DNA of 64,000 nucleotides from Podarcis erhardii. Taxonomy: Eukaryota. Shown here in pieces: positions 1 to 14,245 of this stretch. The stretch lies in assembly GCA_964252035.1 (NCBI GenBank), contig OZ176205.1. One strand, 5' to 3'. How positions within the stretch are numbered: the first letter of the stretch is position 1; the number at the start of each line of letters is the position of its first letter. The notes beneath the pieces are model-generated. The model did not search any database. It had not been told where the DNA came from and saw only the letters and a list, made by a program, of their open reading frames with translations. The translations under genes and the position numbers were made by a program.

Positions 1-1718
1 TTACTTAACTATGGAGCTGTAGCTCTTTTCAAACAGCATGTCTTAATATGGCCTTGGCATCTGCTGTGCTTGTTAGTTTTTAAACTAGCATGCATTTATT
101 CCTGGTCTAATGTATCTCTGTGTGTAGCAAGGTTGTACCTACTGAAAAACAGGGGGGTTGTGATAAATAAATTCTCATTGATTGATATTCAGTTCATTTA
201 TTTCTGTTGTCTTCTAATAAGGGTCTCAGCCTGGGGAGAAGAATTTTGTCCTAGATCAGCCCTAGACACATAAGCACGTTCTTTCCAGGAGTTTCCTGTG
301 TTGCCAGTCCAGTGCCTTAGCACAAGAGAAGTAGGAAATAAAAGTACTGACAAAAATATGAATTGTGGAGTTGGGGATTTATGTGTTTTTATCACTCCTT
401 CCATTGTGTCGGATACATAGCCACAATGCCCCACATCTACCATATGCAAAGATTCATATGGTACCATCAGAACATCTCAGACAAGAAAGGAAAGATGAGT
501 CTGATCTTTGAGAATATTCCAGGTTTTTACATCAAATAATGTAACTAAAAATTGAACATGTGCTGGTCACACTTCAAAGGGTTGGTTGCCTAATTATGCA
601 AAGTGCTCATTGATTTCACTGGATGTCTGCTTACCATTTCTAAGAATGAAACGGGTGTTTGCTTTAATGTGGAGTTACAGTCCTGTCATTCAGTTCATTT
701 GGCACCAAAATGGAACATTCCATCCTGGAGTTTTCTATCAGGCCACATGTCCCTTTGGCATAAGGACTTTTTGATCCATTTACCAGTGGCACTGCCCGCA
801 GTGATGACTAAAAATAAACAAACACATAAAAATTAGATGTAAAACCCCACTCTTGGAAGAATGAGCCTTTCTATAAAAGATTTGTAACCCTTTGAATTTA
901 ATGGCCCAAATGACTCAGAAGAGGCATCTAGTATGATTTATGCTCTAGACAATATATTGCCTATTCCCAAATGTGTATTCGGTATTGTTGGCAGCTGACA
1001 TCTGTATTCTGGCTCCATGAATTGTTTCAGTTGCTCAATCTGATTAAAACTTATTTTATTCAAATATGTATCATTGGATAAAGAGTTGTCACCCATATAT
1101 GGGTGTAATACTTTACTAATAATGAGATCTTAGAGAAATTATAACTCTGGTGCTATGGGTTTTACATGCTGTGTAATGAGAAGTTTGATTAGACATAGGC
1201 ACAAGAAAGTATGCCCTCCAATCTGTTGGTTCATATCAAAATTGCTCTCATCTTTGATTTGGATGTGAATTAGGACTAGCTTGCATAACTGAGATGGGTT
1301 AGGGTGGGGTTGGGGAGTTGGTCCCTCTCTGGGTACTCTGTTCAGCAGCAGCATAGAGTTGAGGGTTGAGGGGGGCAGTTTCCAATCTACAGGAATTCTA
1401 TTTCCCCAGACTTCTGTCCATTTTTTGAGTGCTAGTTTGGAGTATTTGTAACTTTTATTGTACATCAGAATTCCTGCCTAAGCTGGTATAGGTGGTTTTT
1501 GATTTGGTGTTGAGGACTCTCAAGGTCATTGCTCAGTTTGTGTCTCTGTGTGTGAGAATCTTAACATTCATGTTGAGCTCACCATATCCAGGGTGGCTTA
1601 GGGCTCCTAAACCACCAAGGCAACCATGGGGTTATCCCAACATATCATTTGCTTGACTCCATGGCATGACTGAGGTCATTCAGGGATTTAAGAGTGTTAG
1701 GTCACCACTATGTGACCT

Positions 1719-2140
1719 AATGTATGGAAGTGAGAGCTGGACCATAAAGAAGGCTGATCGCCGAAGAATTGATGCTTTTGAATTATGGTGCTGGAGGAGA
1801 CTCTTGAGAGTCCCATGGACTGCAAGAAGATCAAACCTATCCATTCTTAAGGAAATCAGTCCTGAGTGTTCACTGGAAGGACAGATCCTGAAGCTGAGGC
1901 TCCAATACTTTGGCCACCTCATGAGAAGAGAAGACTCTGGAAAAGACCCTGATGTTGGGAAAGATTGAGGGCACAAAGAGAAGGGGACGACAGAGAACAA
2001 GATGGTTGTACAGTATTCTCGAAGCTACCAACATGAGTTTGACCAAGCTGCGAGAGGCAGTGGAAGACAGGAGTGCCTGGCGTGCTCTGGTCCATGGGGT
2101 CACGAAGAGTCGGACACGACTAAACGACTAAACAACAACA
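1719..2140 (+). mobile_element. BovB (RTE) LINE, 5'-truncated 3' end
   Basis: ORF 1666..1968 contains MYGSESWTIKKADRRRIDAFELWCWRRLLRVPWTARRSNLSIL, the BovB ORF C-terminus. It ends with the BovB tail GGGGTCACGAAGAGTCGGACACGACTAAACGACTAAACAACAACA. Confidence 0.93.
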
Positions 2141-2149
2141 TGTGAATGA

Positions 2150-2850
2150 CACCAAGCTCTGTTTCTCTTTTTCACTGAACACAAGTGAAGGTGCTAGAGC
2201 AGAGGCTGGCTACATAAACTGAGGTTTAATCCAGAGAAGATGGAAGTACTGTTGGTGGGTGGTTCCTTTAATCAAGTATGTGGTGTTGAACCTGTTCTGG
2301 AGGAGATCACATTCCCTCATTCAGGATCATAAGGATCATGGTCTGGGGGTGCTTGTTGATCCATCTTCGTCATTAGAAACCCATAGCATCAGGGGCCCAC
2401 AGCACCTTTTACCTGTTTAGCTAGGATTCTACCTGAAAAGCGAGAACTTCGCTTCAGTGAGCCATGCACTGTATTGGATTACTGTAATGTGTTGGATATG
2501 GAGCTGCCTTTGAAAACAGTCCAGTTGGTGCAGAATAAGGCTGGGAGAGTATAAACAGGACCAGGTTTTATGAGCATGTTATGCTAGTACTTCATTATCG
2601 TCACAGGATACCGACTATTTCCAGGCCCAATTCAAAGTACAGGATTTAACCTTTAAAGCACATGCTTGAGAATTTAGTGTCTGAAGGATCACCTCTTTTC
2701 ACATAAACCTCCCCATACCTTGAAATAATTGGTTGAGGCCCTTCTTTTGAGTACTCAAAAAACAAAGTATTGTGGAAGAATTACAGGCAACAGGGCCTTT
2801 TCCACAGTGGCCCCTTGGTTGCAGGGGTTATCCAAGAGAGGACAGTCTTA
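2150..2850 (+). mobile_element. Degenerate L2-clade LINE fragment (RT C-terminal region)
   Basis: Decayed motifs typical of squamate L2 (CTGAGGTTTAATCCAGAGAAGATGGAAGTACTGTTGGTGGG; GGATTACTGTAATGTG..GAGCTGCCTTTGAAAACAGTCCAGTTGGTGCAGAAT). No intact ORF; boundaries approximate. Confidence 0.6.
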
Positions 2851-4489
2851 CACCTGCTTTGATGTCTTTTTGGCACTGGGCAAAAAAAATTGTTATTTTC
2901 ATGGGCTGCTGAAACCTTTGTTGTGCTTTGGTATTCCATTAATTTTGTCCTGTAATATGTTTTATCCTCTGCTCTCCATTTTATCTGCTTTGTATGGTGG
3001 TGTCTTATTCTTCTACCCTGTGTTTTCAAATGATTTGCTTTTATTTTTAGAGTTGTGTGTGGATCCCCCCCCTTCTTTTTTGCTCCATTCTGATAGTATT
3101 TTGTTGTAATAGATTATTTTTGTTTTCATCTTGTATGCTGCCCAGAGAACCCTTCTTATAGAGTGACAAATAATGGGATAAATAAATAATGTTAGGAATC
3201 ACTGTGAAGTTGTCATACTGTGCAGGCTGATAATGGCTTCGTGTTTAGATACTGCTTATGAATAATAAAAGTTTTTCACTTATATTACTTGGGCTATCTT
3301 CACAACATCTTTATAGGTTCGTTCAATTTATTACCCCCATACTGTGGATACCCCCCATATTAAGGGTAAAAGATCTTACTATATGTAAGATTCATTTCCA
3401 CCATAAATTCGCTCAGGATTACAGAGGATAGGCAGAAGCAGACACTATCTCCCTCTCCAAATTGGGATAATGATGCTAACCTACCTTAGAGGCTTGTTTT
3501 AAGGATTACTGAGAGATTGAACATTCACATCCAGCATTTCTGTAAGGCTTACATTACTATCCAATTCTATCCATTTCACAGGTTCAAGCACAGTTTGTCT
3601 AGTCACTGTAATAGTTTACAAAGGATTTCTTTCCCTTCAATTTACACAAGCTGAAGTGTAAGAACCCATTGGAAAACTCAACAGATGCTGTCTTTCTGTT
3701 AGGCTTTGGTGACAGAGCTCTTCTTAATGGCAAAAAGATCATTGCTGGCTTCTGTGTTTACATGCTGCTGAGCCCAATAGGTCTCCTGTTCAAGATTTGG
3801 GCTCCTGACTCTTACTCCAACGTAAATTGATGTTGTACTTAATAATCAGTTACAATAATGGGAGATTCTTTTGCTCCTCCAGGCTGTCATTTTAGGGGAA
3901 GGAAGGGCAAAGGGAGACATCCAAGAAGTTCTGTGCCAACTCTTGTTTGAAATTTAGTGGCAACTAGGTCTGTTTCAGACCATTGCAAAAAAAATATTTT
4001 ATGCAGCATTTTCTAGTTTCCTTTTTCTATCAAATGGAGCCCCCTAGAGGCTGTCGTAGTAATTGTCCTTGTAAGCGGTACAGGATAGTTCTCCTCTAGC
4101 TTAATGAAGTTAACTCTGCATTAGAGCTGAACATGGATGTGATTTGGAAAGCTGCCCCTTTGGCAACTGAAAGCTGTTTGGAAGAGGAAAATACCTTAAC
4201 AGGTGCACAGATGCCTAGGCCTGGAGAGCTGTTGCAGCAAATTGCACTGCAAGGGAGCTCTTCTAACAGATTGCCCTTGTGCAGGAGAGTGCCTAGGATT
4301 ATCAGAGCTTGGTTGTCCTCTGCAGGCATACTTCATTTCTTCCTTTTATTTACTGGGGGTTGAACCATTGCAGAGGGAAGGCAGGGATAACAAACCATTG
4401 CAGTATGAAAGGTACAGCTGTATGGTAACTTGGTTGAGATGCAACACCAAGCTGGGGCTAAGGGAATGAATTTGGGATGAAGCTGGGGC

Positions 4490-4620
4490 TCATTAATTCC
4501 TCTTGCAAGGTAGGTTAGGCTAAGAGACAGTGACTGGCCCAAGGTCACACGGTGAGCTTCATGACTAAGTGAGGTTTTGAACCTAAGTCCTCTGACCACT
4601 ACACCATACTGCCTACTACT
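4490..4620 (-). mobile_element. tRNA-derived SINE remnant (MIR-like squamate family)
   Basis: GGTAGGTTAGGCTAAGAGACAGTGACTGGCCCAAGGTCAC...TTTGAACC is the reverse complement of the same family seen at 44558-44750. Confidence 0.55.
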
Positions 4621-7600
4621 GAGTGCTGTATTTATATTCTGCTTCTGCATAGAGCAATTGTGTTTGTGTTTGTAATGTTCTTAGTCTTGGTCTATAGGCA
4701 GTAATAATAAATTAAAAGCTAGAATTATTTGTTGATTTGTTTTAGAAAACAGCTTTTGTTTCTTGTTAAGACATACAAATGTTTTTTAAATGTTTGTTTA
4801 GGAATGCTTAGAAGTTTGGACTTCGTAAAGTATTTTTCTTTATAAAGTTGGGACTTTGGTTTGGTTTAGTGTGTGGTTGCAACTTGGGCTCGTGGTTTGT
4901 GCTGGGTTTACAGTTTATGGTTTGTCTGGAGGAGACAAACTATGAATCTGATTTCAGACAACATACGACATCAAACCATTGCTATGCTCAGCTGCAGTGC
5001 AGCAGAAAAAGGACTGGCAGAGGAGCACAGCAATGTGAATCTCTCTAGAACCCTCATGTTTGCACATATGCACTAAGCCATAGTTTGACTTAGCATTTGT
5101 TATGTGCAAACCAGTTCACTCTCTCAGTGAACACTTTGTCTCCACACTGGGCATCTAAGGTGGGACCAGAAGATCTGTGTAGAAGTCGCAGGGTAAAAGC
5201 AGAAGCAGACAGGCCTGCTCAATAGCTAGCGTGCTGTTTGGAGCTGCTTAATGAAAAGCAGATAAGGAAAAAAACATTTCCACAGTGAATCATAGGAACT
5301 AAGGTTCAGAAACCAGTAACCTTGAACCTATTGGACTTAAAATAGCTGTTTAAACTTTACAAAACTGACAACCTGGACTATTTATAGGCATGCAAAACAA
5401 GCCTAATGAGCTTGAATCCCAGCTGCAAATGCCAGAACACAAAATGTTTCAGTTTAAGGATTAATGCCCTCCCAAAAGTCTGATAGGTCACCTACCTGGA
5501 AGCCTGCTTGGTGTACTGACAAAACTGTTAACATTTATGCAGTGCCAGCCATGTGCTAAGTGCTGGTTTAACATGACCACTGGCCTCGGTTCTAATACTG
5601 GTTTCTGTTTTTCTGCACTGCAGCACAGAGGAGGGTTTTGCTTAAACGAGTTTGTAATGTGAATCCAAAAGAAAAAGCCCTTGTGTTCCTGTGTGTGGAA
5701 CTCAATGTAGTGCTGAATGGGGCATGTGAGAGGAGAACGAGGTCTGTTCACACAATGGGACTTCCCCCTTTTCCATCTCCTGCTCCCATGTGGCCCCTAA
5801 GCCAGTTTTTGGGTTCCCCCCAACAATTCCCAGGAATGGTAACTCTGTGAGGGGAATGGGGTTTTCTAACAACTCTCTACACCCTTAGCAAATTACTGCT
5901 CTCAGGATTCTTTGGGGGAAGTCATGGCTGTTTAAAATGGCATGATACTGCTTTATATGTATAGTGCAGATAGGGCCTTTCTTTCTAAAAGTTTAGCTCA
6001 GCCCTTGGGCTCAGCGCTCCTCTCCTCTAAGAAATGAAGACACAGACAAGGCTGTTAAGAATTAGAATCATGTGCAGTGAAAATGAAAAGCACCGAAGAA
6101 GCTTCTGTTTATAAAGCAGAGAAGCTTTGAATGAAAGGACCTTTGTGTCCACTGGTGACCTCTTTCTGACTTTCTGTCATCCACTTCCATTTGTGACACA
6201 GTGACGGCTTCCATCAGGTTACAGGGTCAGTCAGTACTTCCCCTACTTGCTTGCAAATATCTGAGGAAAATATTGCCTTCGTATTCTTCCTATGCAGAAA
6301 ATCATTTCTCTGCTGCTGCTTTTCCTTTGTCAAACTGGCCACACAATTGGGCATTTCTGGGTTTGGGCTGTACCTGTAGGGGACATTCATTGGAAAGCAT
6401 GTTCTCATTCCTGGACCACCTCCACAGGAAAAGTGAGAAGGCAGTGGTGCACACTGAATAACTTACGCTGATCCTACAAGTGTCCCCCCATCAAGCAGTG
6501 GGGATGAACTGTGTAGGTGATAATCAGATGCACTGCATTCAGTTTCATGATCAGGTAAGAAGAGCCTGCTGAAACAAACCATCTAGCCATGGTTCATCTA
6601 GTCCAGCATCCTGTTGTCACAGTGACCCGTGGGAAACCAACAAGCAGAACATCAACCCAAGAGCAGTATGCAGTATGTCAAGGCATTCAATCCTAAAGCT
6701 CCTAATTGGTGGTCACCTGTTGGGCAGAAGGTAGAATGCAGTCTTGCGATGATGACAACCTAAAGATTTCACTGAATTATTGCCACTTGTTGCAGAATTT
6801 TAAGAGGGCATCAAGGACCCACTTGTTTAAAATTACCTTTGCACAAGTTTTAATTGGGCTGCTGTTTGGTTGAGTTGTGTTTTAGCTGTTAGTCATTTGT
6901 CTTTGTGCTGTTATGCTGGTTTTAATGTTTTCTTGTTAGTGCTGGTTTGTGGGTAATTTTTATGGCAGTTTGCATATTGGAAGCTACCCCCAGAGGTTTG
7001 ACCTAGAAAGGTTGCCTATACATGTTTTAAATATATCTTTATTTTTTAAAAAACCAGAACATATTCTAGAAAATATCATTGGCTTATTTAATTATATATG
7101 CCTTTGGCATGTAGTATTTGTAGGTGTTGCTTCAAAAACTTGTTTGTACTGCAGAAGATAGCACAAAAAATGAGTATGTACTGTATGGGTGACATTGGCC
7201 TGGTTTGCACCTAATGCTAAACTATCGTTTGCTTAACAAGCCATGAGTTAACCATGAGTTTTCCCACAGATGATCAAACAAACCATGCCTTGTTTCTCAA
7301 ACTTTGTTGTGTTTTTCCCCAGGTATTCTTGCCTTGTGTCTTTTGTGGTTTGGTGACCACTTGGCATGCAGTGGTAAAAAAACAACATAGTTAAGAAAGG
7401 GATCTAGATTCCCATGTAATGCAAAGCTATAGTTAAAACAAATCAAAGTTCGCAAGCCAACAACAAAACATGGTTTCACATTGTGGTTTGTTGGCAGTAA
7501 GCAAACAAAACACATTTAAGCTACTGGGCAAGATTCACACATAACACTAACCCATAATTTAATAAGCCACAGTTTTATTGACCATGGTTTAGCGTTTTGT

Positions 7601-9519
7601 GAGGACCGGGCTAATGTATATTTTACATTACATTCTATTTCCTCTCTCTGGCCTTGAATATTGTGTAGCAATTTACATGCAGTGGAAGTATCTTTAATGA
7701 CCAGTTGTCCCATTCCATTGTACTACTTTTCATCTCTGCAAAAGACAACTGTAAACATGCTTCTTTTTGCACACTTCAATACAGCGTGACTTGGTACACT
7801 AATAATTTTGTGCAGGTCTCTGAAGCGAGCTACTTTTATTGCTACTTTTATCTTTTGCTGCTGAATGTTCTACTGTCCAGAGGAGGCCAAAGCTATTGAA
7901 CCAAGCCAAGTAGCAATGATATTTTTGAGTGGATTATATTTTCTTCCAGAATTAGGTTTTTCAGTGTGCTGAGGTGGAGTGTTTTGTTGCCTTCTCTGAG
8001 TTAGTGGATAGTCTCTCCTGAATGATGATTAGTGAAGGGCATTGAAATTGGGTCCCTGAGCAGGTGAAGTATTAATGAGTCTGCACGTAGCAGTCCATGT
8101 TTAAAATTGTTAGCTGCCTCACAAATAGTAGCTCGGTCTTTAGAACTGGATCCTTGATTTCCTTGGCTGTATACACCAACTGAACCTGGATCAAACCTCT
8201 GCAGAACTACCCTGTAATTATTTGGTGTCCAAACAGACACAGGATTGTATTGTTAGACCTTGTTCATATGTAACACTAAACCATGTTTTAGCATTATGAG
8301 GACTGGTGGCAAGTGTGAGCCTTAGGCTTGTGTTCTCTACCTTCCCCTTTCCTCCACATATGAAGGGAGAAAGTTTTAATTTTGTGGTTTGGAACAAACT
8401 ACAGCTTATTCTGGCATCTGAGTATAGTAAACTAGTTTGTTCAAAGCACAGTTTGTTCAGAAACAGGATATTACACCATGGTTCAGTCAAACTGCAGTCA
8501 CACCAGAGAAGATTTACATGTATAGCATTGCATTGTAAGGTTGAAATTCTCTGCACTCTTACTTGAAAGGAAGATACACAGAACTCAGTAGGGTTTACTT
8601 TTGAGTGTGGATGGGAGAGAAATTCAGCTCACGCTTGCAAATAAACCTACCTAATTTCCACTCCCTGAAACAATATGCAAACAGAAACACAGCTGTCCTT
8701 TGGCATTCACACTTTCCTGAATGTTGCAGTGCAGTTCTCCAACCAAAAAATGGGCACAGTGATGGATATATATTATGGGCAAGTATATATGTTAGTGAAA
8801 ATAACACACAAAAATGTGTTAGGGGAGATTACATGCAACAAGGTTGATATCAGGAAAAGTGCTCTCTAAATGAATTTTCATGAGGAATGTTGTTTTTTGT
8901 TTTGTTTTTTAAATGCAAGTTGATGTGGAAATGTCAACTGAACTTAGGACCAGAAAAATGAGAAACTGAAACCGACATTTTTGCCACACCTGTTTTGCCA
9001 CACCTGAGCAATTTATGTAGGATCAAGTTGCATGCAATTGAAAATTTAAAAATAATCTCTCTCTGTTTCATGATGCCATTTTCCCTCCCACAAATGCCAC
9101 ATCCTTCCTGGAACGGAAGTGTGTCACTGTGGGGTGGATAAATACATGAATACAATCTGGATTAAAAGTCTACAAATAAGTGAAAATGTGTTGCTGCTGA
9201 ATTACCTTTGCATGCCAGAATTGCTTCCAGCCTGTGTTTAAAATTACTTTTGCATTGTTTTAGACCTTAACTAAATTTCCTTGCCCTGTATTTAATTTGT
9301 CCACCTACTGATTCAGTAAGAAATCCAGTTTATTCATGGCTCCTCCAAAGGGTTGCTGCCTATTTTACAGTAGTGCTTCTACAAACAACTCATCTGAATA
9401 AAACTGAACATTTCTATGAAACCAGGGCTACATTTTGAAGGAAACTGATGCCTCCACCTTGCTGAAGCTAAGCAGCTCTGGGGCTAGTTGCAAGTTCACT
9501 TGGCAACCTCATGTACACC

Positions 9520-9643
9520 CAGTGGCATAGCGTGGGGGGTGCAGGGGGGCCGGCCGCACCAGGCGCAACATCTGGGGGTTAGGGTTAGGGGGCGCAAATT
9601 ACTTGCCTTGCCCCAGGTGCTGACAACCCACGCTACGCCACTG
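9520..9643. mobile_element. hAT-type MITE, 124 bp
   Basis: TIRs CAGTGGCATAGCGTGGG / CCCACGCTACGCCACTG. Perfect 8-bp TSD TGTACACC at 9512-9519 and 9644-9651. Confidence 0.88.
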
Positions 9644-12600
9644 TGTACACCAACTTGAGCTCTGTTGTAGGATAAAGATGTGTTGCACCCCACAGTGGCT
9701 TTGCACCATTGAAAGCACTTCTACTTGGGGAAGATAGATCACTTGATTTTTGCCAAACTCTCCTATGCAGTGCAGCCCAGTGCCCTCCAAAACCTCTACT
9801 GAGGTTTAGGGGACCCTCTGGAATGGTTTGGGATGTGGCATAGTAGAGATTGATAAACATAGGGTTCCTTTGCTTTGCTCTTGCAGAAACACTTCTATAG
9901 CACATTGGCTATACCCTGTTATATTTATATACATTTTCTTACTCAGTGATACGGGTTGTGGAATGCAGATTTAAATGACCCAGCTGGATGTGAATTCTAG
10001 GAGGTTGCAAAGAGAAATGATAAGTAATATTGACTGTTGATGTTTCATTCTATGCAGGTCACTCATCTTTCTTAACCGTCACAAGATTTCCAAGGTGCCT
10101 AGCAGCTAGCCAGTACAAGTGATTGTGGTGAGTCCTGCACAATGGTGTTCTGTTCTTTTGATACTGAAAATCCCCCTTCCTTGTATAACTCCACTATCTT
10201 GGATCCTGGTCTTGAGGTAAGAAGTTAAAAGACTGAAAAACGGCTCAAAGAAGCATGTTATCTCCACAATCTCTTTCATATGCACCAGGCATTACATACC
10301 CATTCAAATAATTAATACAGAAAGATCCAACTGAAGGCTTCCAGTGTCTCAGCATAAAGCTGATGGATAATAAAACAAAACGTGAAATCGCTGAGAAGTG
10401 CAAGGTGTCCATGCATTATGGTCACTTAAAAGACACCTGGGTTATAACACTGAAATTTGTTAGCTAAATCATACCTCGAGGCCAGCAGCGAGCCAAATTA
10501 TTTCAACTTGTAGTAAAGAAACACATTGATTTATATGGAGGTCAGTTGCCTCTTTGGGTGCTGTGACAATCTTTTAGCCAGAATGTCTTGATTTATACCT
10601 ACCCAAGCAAGCTTCCTTGTCGCCTTTGAGGAATACACAGAATAACAATGTATTTCATCTTGCAAATAAAGAGACAGAAAAGATCTATGAAGCCTGCATT
10701 TGAGGGCAGCAATTTGCATGATAGATATGTTATCTGGTGAGCGTAACTACTTTTCTTGACCTCACAGTATCTCTTCGGGTGAATTGGCCAAGCCTAATTT
10801 TTTTACGCTTCTTATCCCATCCATGCACATACGCCATTTTTCAAGCGTTTTGTGCTTCGACATATGGAGTGTGATCCTGAAGACCTTTGGGAAAGGCTGC
10901 CCACAATCAGAGCACCTGTTACTTAAAAAAAAACATTAAATGCAGCTCCTGGAACAGAGGGCAAATAGTGGGCAAATCAGATCAGAGCTATGTGTAGTTG
11001 TTTTTTTTTAGAAACACTTTTTCTTTACACCCTCAAACTTTTATATGTGGGTGAATATATTGACTGATTCTCCCATCAATCATTCATTTAGTGCACATGC
11101 CATTCAGTTCTATCCCTTTTATCCTCCTATTAATTCCGGCAGGGAAGGAATACCCTTCCTGTTTTCTGCATAAGAAAGTAGTGTAGTAGAGTGAGTCCCT
11201 TATATGCTGGCTATTGTGATTAGGGAGAATGGTTGTTCCTTTCTCCAAGGGCTGCAGAATGGACTTCGTTCAATTTGTTGGTAAGCAGCTTCTCTGTCTA
11301 CTGAGTGAAACTCAAAACACAGGGGATGTTTCAGAGCACTGTACATTGGTAGGATCTGGGAAGTCTTGCCACCATGAAGCAGCTCAGAGGATCTGTGATC
11401 TGCCCTGAGAATGCCTGAAGAGGGCTTCTCTCACACACACCACCAGATCCCGCTTTGTTGATACCTCTGCTCAATATTTCTTTCCCTGGTGTAGGTTATC
11501 AGGGTCTCCCAGGATGCAGTAACAATCAGATAGGAAATAATGTACTGCAGAATTAGTTGCTCAAATCTGCTTGCAGCTTCCTAAAAGGACCAAAATCTTG
11601 CCTGGATCCCATAATGTGAATCTAATGTCATCGTTGTCTTCTTTTTAACAGCCTGCTACATGATATGTACTGAGCCTTAGGACTTGCTGAGCCTCAGGAC
11701 ATTACAAGGCTTGCATATAATAATGAGCACTTGCTTATTAAAGATACAGGAAGAGAACAGATACTTCAATAATTTGAGTGTGAGGAAGGATAGGTGAGTT
11801 GCTTGTAGGATGAAAAATCACTAGACAATATGTCAGGTGACCTTGGATTTCCATTGTTAGGGGCATGTGAGTTGCATATGAGGTGCACCAGGAACACAAA
11901 TATGTTGAAGTGGATGGTGTAGCTGCTGGAGATAGATGGGAACTCTGCTGGCTCTTCCCCTTCAATTCTGCTGTCTCCTACATTGTCCTGCGGATAAGTG
12001 CCAAGAAAAGGGACTCATTTGTCTTCCTGTTTCCTAATAGCTGGATAGAGCCTTACACAGCCTGCCGCATTCCAGTGCAATGGCATGCTTACTGTGGGAC
12101 CAAAAGTATTATGAATGCACATTGCTGCATTTTAATTCCTCCCATTGCTGCAAATTCCAGTGGGCCAACCCAGCACAATGAATCATCCTTTGTATGGATG
12201 GCAAGCAAGTTAGATCCTTTTGGCGTCATTAAAATCTCCATCAAGCAAACAGAATCCCATTTGTCACAGTGCAAACAAAGAGTACAAGAGATCCAACTTC
12301 CTTGGAACTAATAAATTGTACTTGGGTCATGCTAGGGTAATGGTTAGGAGTGGAGATAATTGTTGTGTGTTCACAGGAATGAGGATTTGTGAATCCTACA
12401 AAAGAAAGAAGGATGAACCTGTGTTTACCGGGTGGGGTAAACTTTCAGGAATCACCTTACAGCGACTGATTGATTCCCACTTATGACTTTGAAGTGATTT
12501 AGACTCATGTGCCTTAGTTTAGCTCGCTGCCTATCAGTCAGGGGTGGGATGGCATGGATAACTCTCCTTTCACTGACTTAATTGCCATTTTTTTCAGAAC

Positions 12601-13222
12601 AGGAGGTGACTTTAGCACATTATACCTCACAGCAGGTTTGCCTTTGACTAGGAAGCCCAGTGGGCCCAGTCTTTTAAAGCTGCATATGAATTAAGAGATG
12701 ATTAGCAAATGGCCCAGATCCTTGTCTTCAGGTCCTCCACAGGAATACTTACCAGTGCATGAGTTCATATATTTAAGTTATGGTAGGACTCTCCCACTCT
12801 GCACTGCACCTAAAAACAGAAGAAAGGAAAGAACCTCCATTATCGAGAGGGGTTCCAACCTCCCCTCTCCACATGCTGCAGTTCTGGTGGAAAGAAATTG
12901 ACTCCCCCCGCAAAGCCAACAAGTAACATAGCATAACCTTCCCCAACTTGGTGCCCTCCAGGTGCTTCAGTCCCCAGCATTTCTGACTGAGGCTGGTAGG
13001 AGTTGTAGCCCAACAACTCCTTGGGGGGCACCTGGTTGCGGAAGCCTGACCAAACATGTAGAGTAGTCAATGTGGTACCCTCCAGACTGTCGTAAACTAA
13101 GTTTTAAATTTCAGTTTTTTTATTCTTTTGTTACGGTTTTTATTTCACACTGCATTTTAATGTTTGGCTTTGTGAGCCACGCAGAGAATTCTTATTATGG
13201 GGTGGCTGTACAAAGTGCAGGT

Positions 13223-13243
13223 AATTATTATTATTATTATTAT
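13223..13243. repeat. (TAT)n microsatellite
   Basis: About 7 ATT/TAT units read directly. Confidence 0.85.
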
Positions 13244-14109
13244 TTAAAAAAACAACAACCCCAGAACAACCAGGCCATGGACCAAAGGAGGGAGAGATGC
13301 ATTAGGGAGTGGGTAGGACTGGACAGCAGCTGGTGCTGAATTTTCTCTTTAACTACTATCTGTCTGTGAAAATGAGAAGGCTGTTCTCTACTTTCCCTTC
13401 CTTGCCAACCAATAAAGGTAATTTCAAAGGTATGCTTCTGTTCGTGCTCAGCCCCTACCCCTCTGCTGATTACTTTCATGCGCTGGGCAGCACAAAGCAT
13501 GCCAAGCATGCGGGACCATTTAGCCAAGGTTGATCCAGTAAAACAGTCTTCTTGCTTAAAAGAAGTGTGTATGTGTACAAAGCCCCCCCCTTCCCCTGCT
13601 AAATTCCTTTCATTTTCTGTCCTATCTGGGTATCAGTTTCCTGACTAACAAGTGGGGATAAAAATAGCTTTGTCCTCCTTTGTAGCAGTGTGTTTGTGTG
13701 GGTACACGTATTAGGAAAGGGGAAAATTCCCTGTGTGGCAAGTTCCTTTTGCTCTTTTTAATCACATTGGCGTGGGTATTGTTACTGATGTAATTATCTA
13801 TTGTGTGGCAATCTAAGAATTTAAACAGATTTAAAGTTCCTGGTCAGGCTCTCTAAAAATATAGCCAAAGGCAGCTTATTACAAGACGTAACAGAAAATA
13901 ATCAAGATGTTGTGATGGACGTGGTCAAATTTAGGGAGCAGAGAAGAGCCGCATGGCTTTAAATCCACTGTTGTATTATTTGTGTCATCTGTGAATGCTG
14001 CTAATGTAGGCTAGAGAGCTTGTGAAACTTAGAGGTGTGCACTGCAATACTTATCCAGAAGTAAGTTCAGTGGAGTTCAGTGGAGTTTGGTGCCAAAGAG
14101 ACTGAAGTG

Positions 14110-14245
14110 CAGTGGTGGCCAAACTTGGCCCTCCAGCTGTTTTGGGACTACAATTCCCATCATCCCTGGCCACTGGTCCTGTTAGCTAGGGATGATGGGA
14201 GTTGTAGTCCAAAAACAGCTGGAGGGCCAAGTTTGGCCACCACTG
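14110..14245. mobile_element. hAT-type palindromic MITE, 136 bp
   Basis: Long TIRs CAGTGGTGGCCAAACTTGGCCCTCCAGCTGTTTT / AAAACAGCTGGAGGGCCAAGTTTGGCCACCACTG. 8-bp TSD CTGAAGTG at 14102-14109 and 14246-14253. Confidence 0.92.

Noticed and set aside
7195-7600. AACCATGGTT-rich imperfect palindromes (also ~8270-8490, 38055-38250, 42535-42900)
   Set aside because: Probably decayed copies of a common lizard non-autonomous DNA element. Boundaries and family could not be supported by eye.
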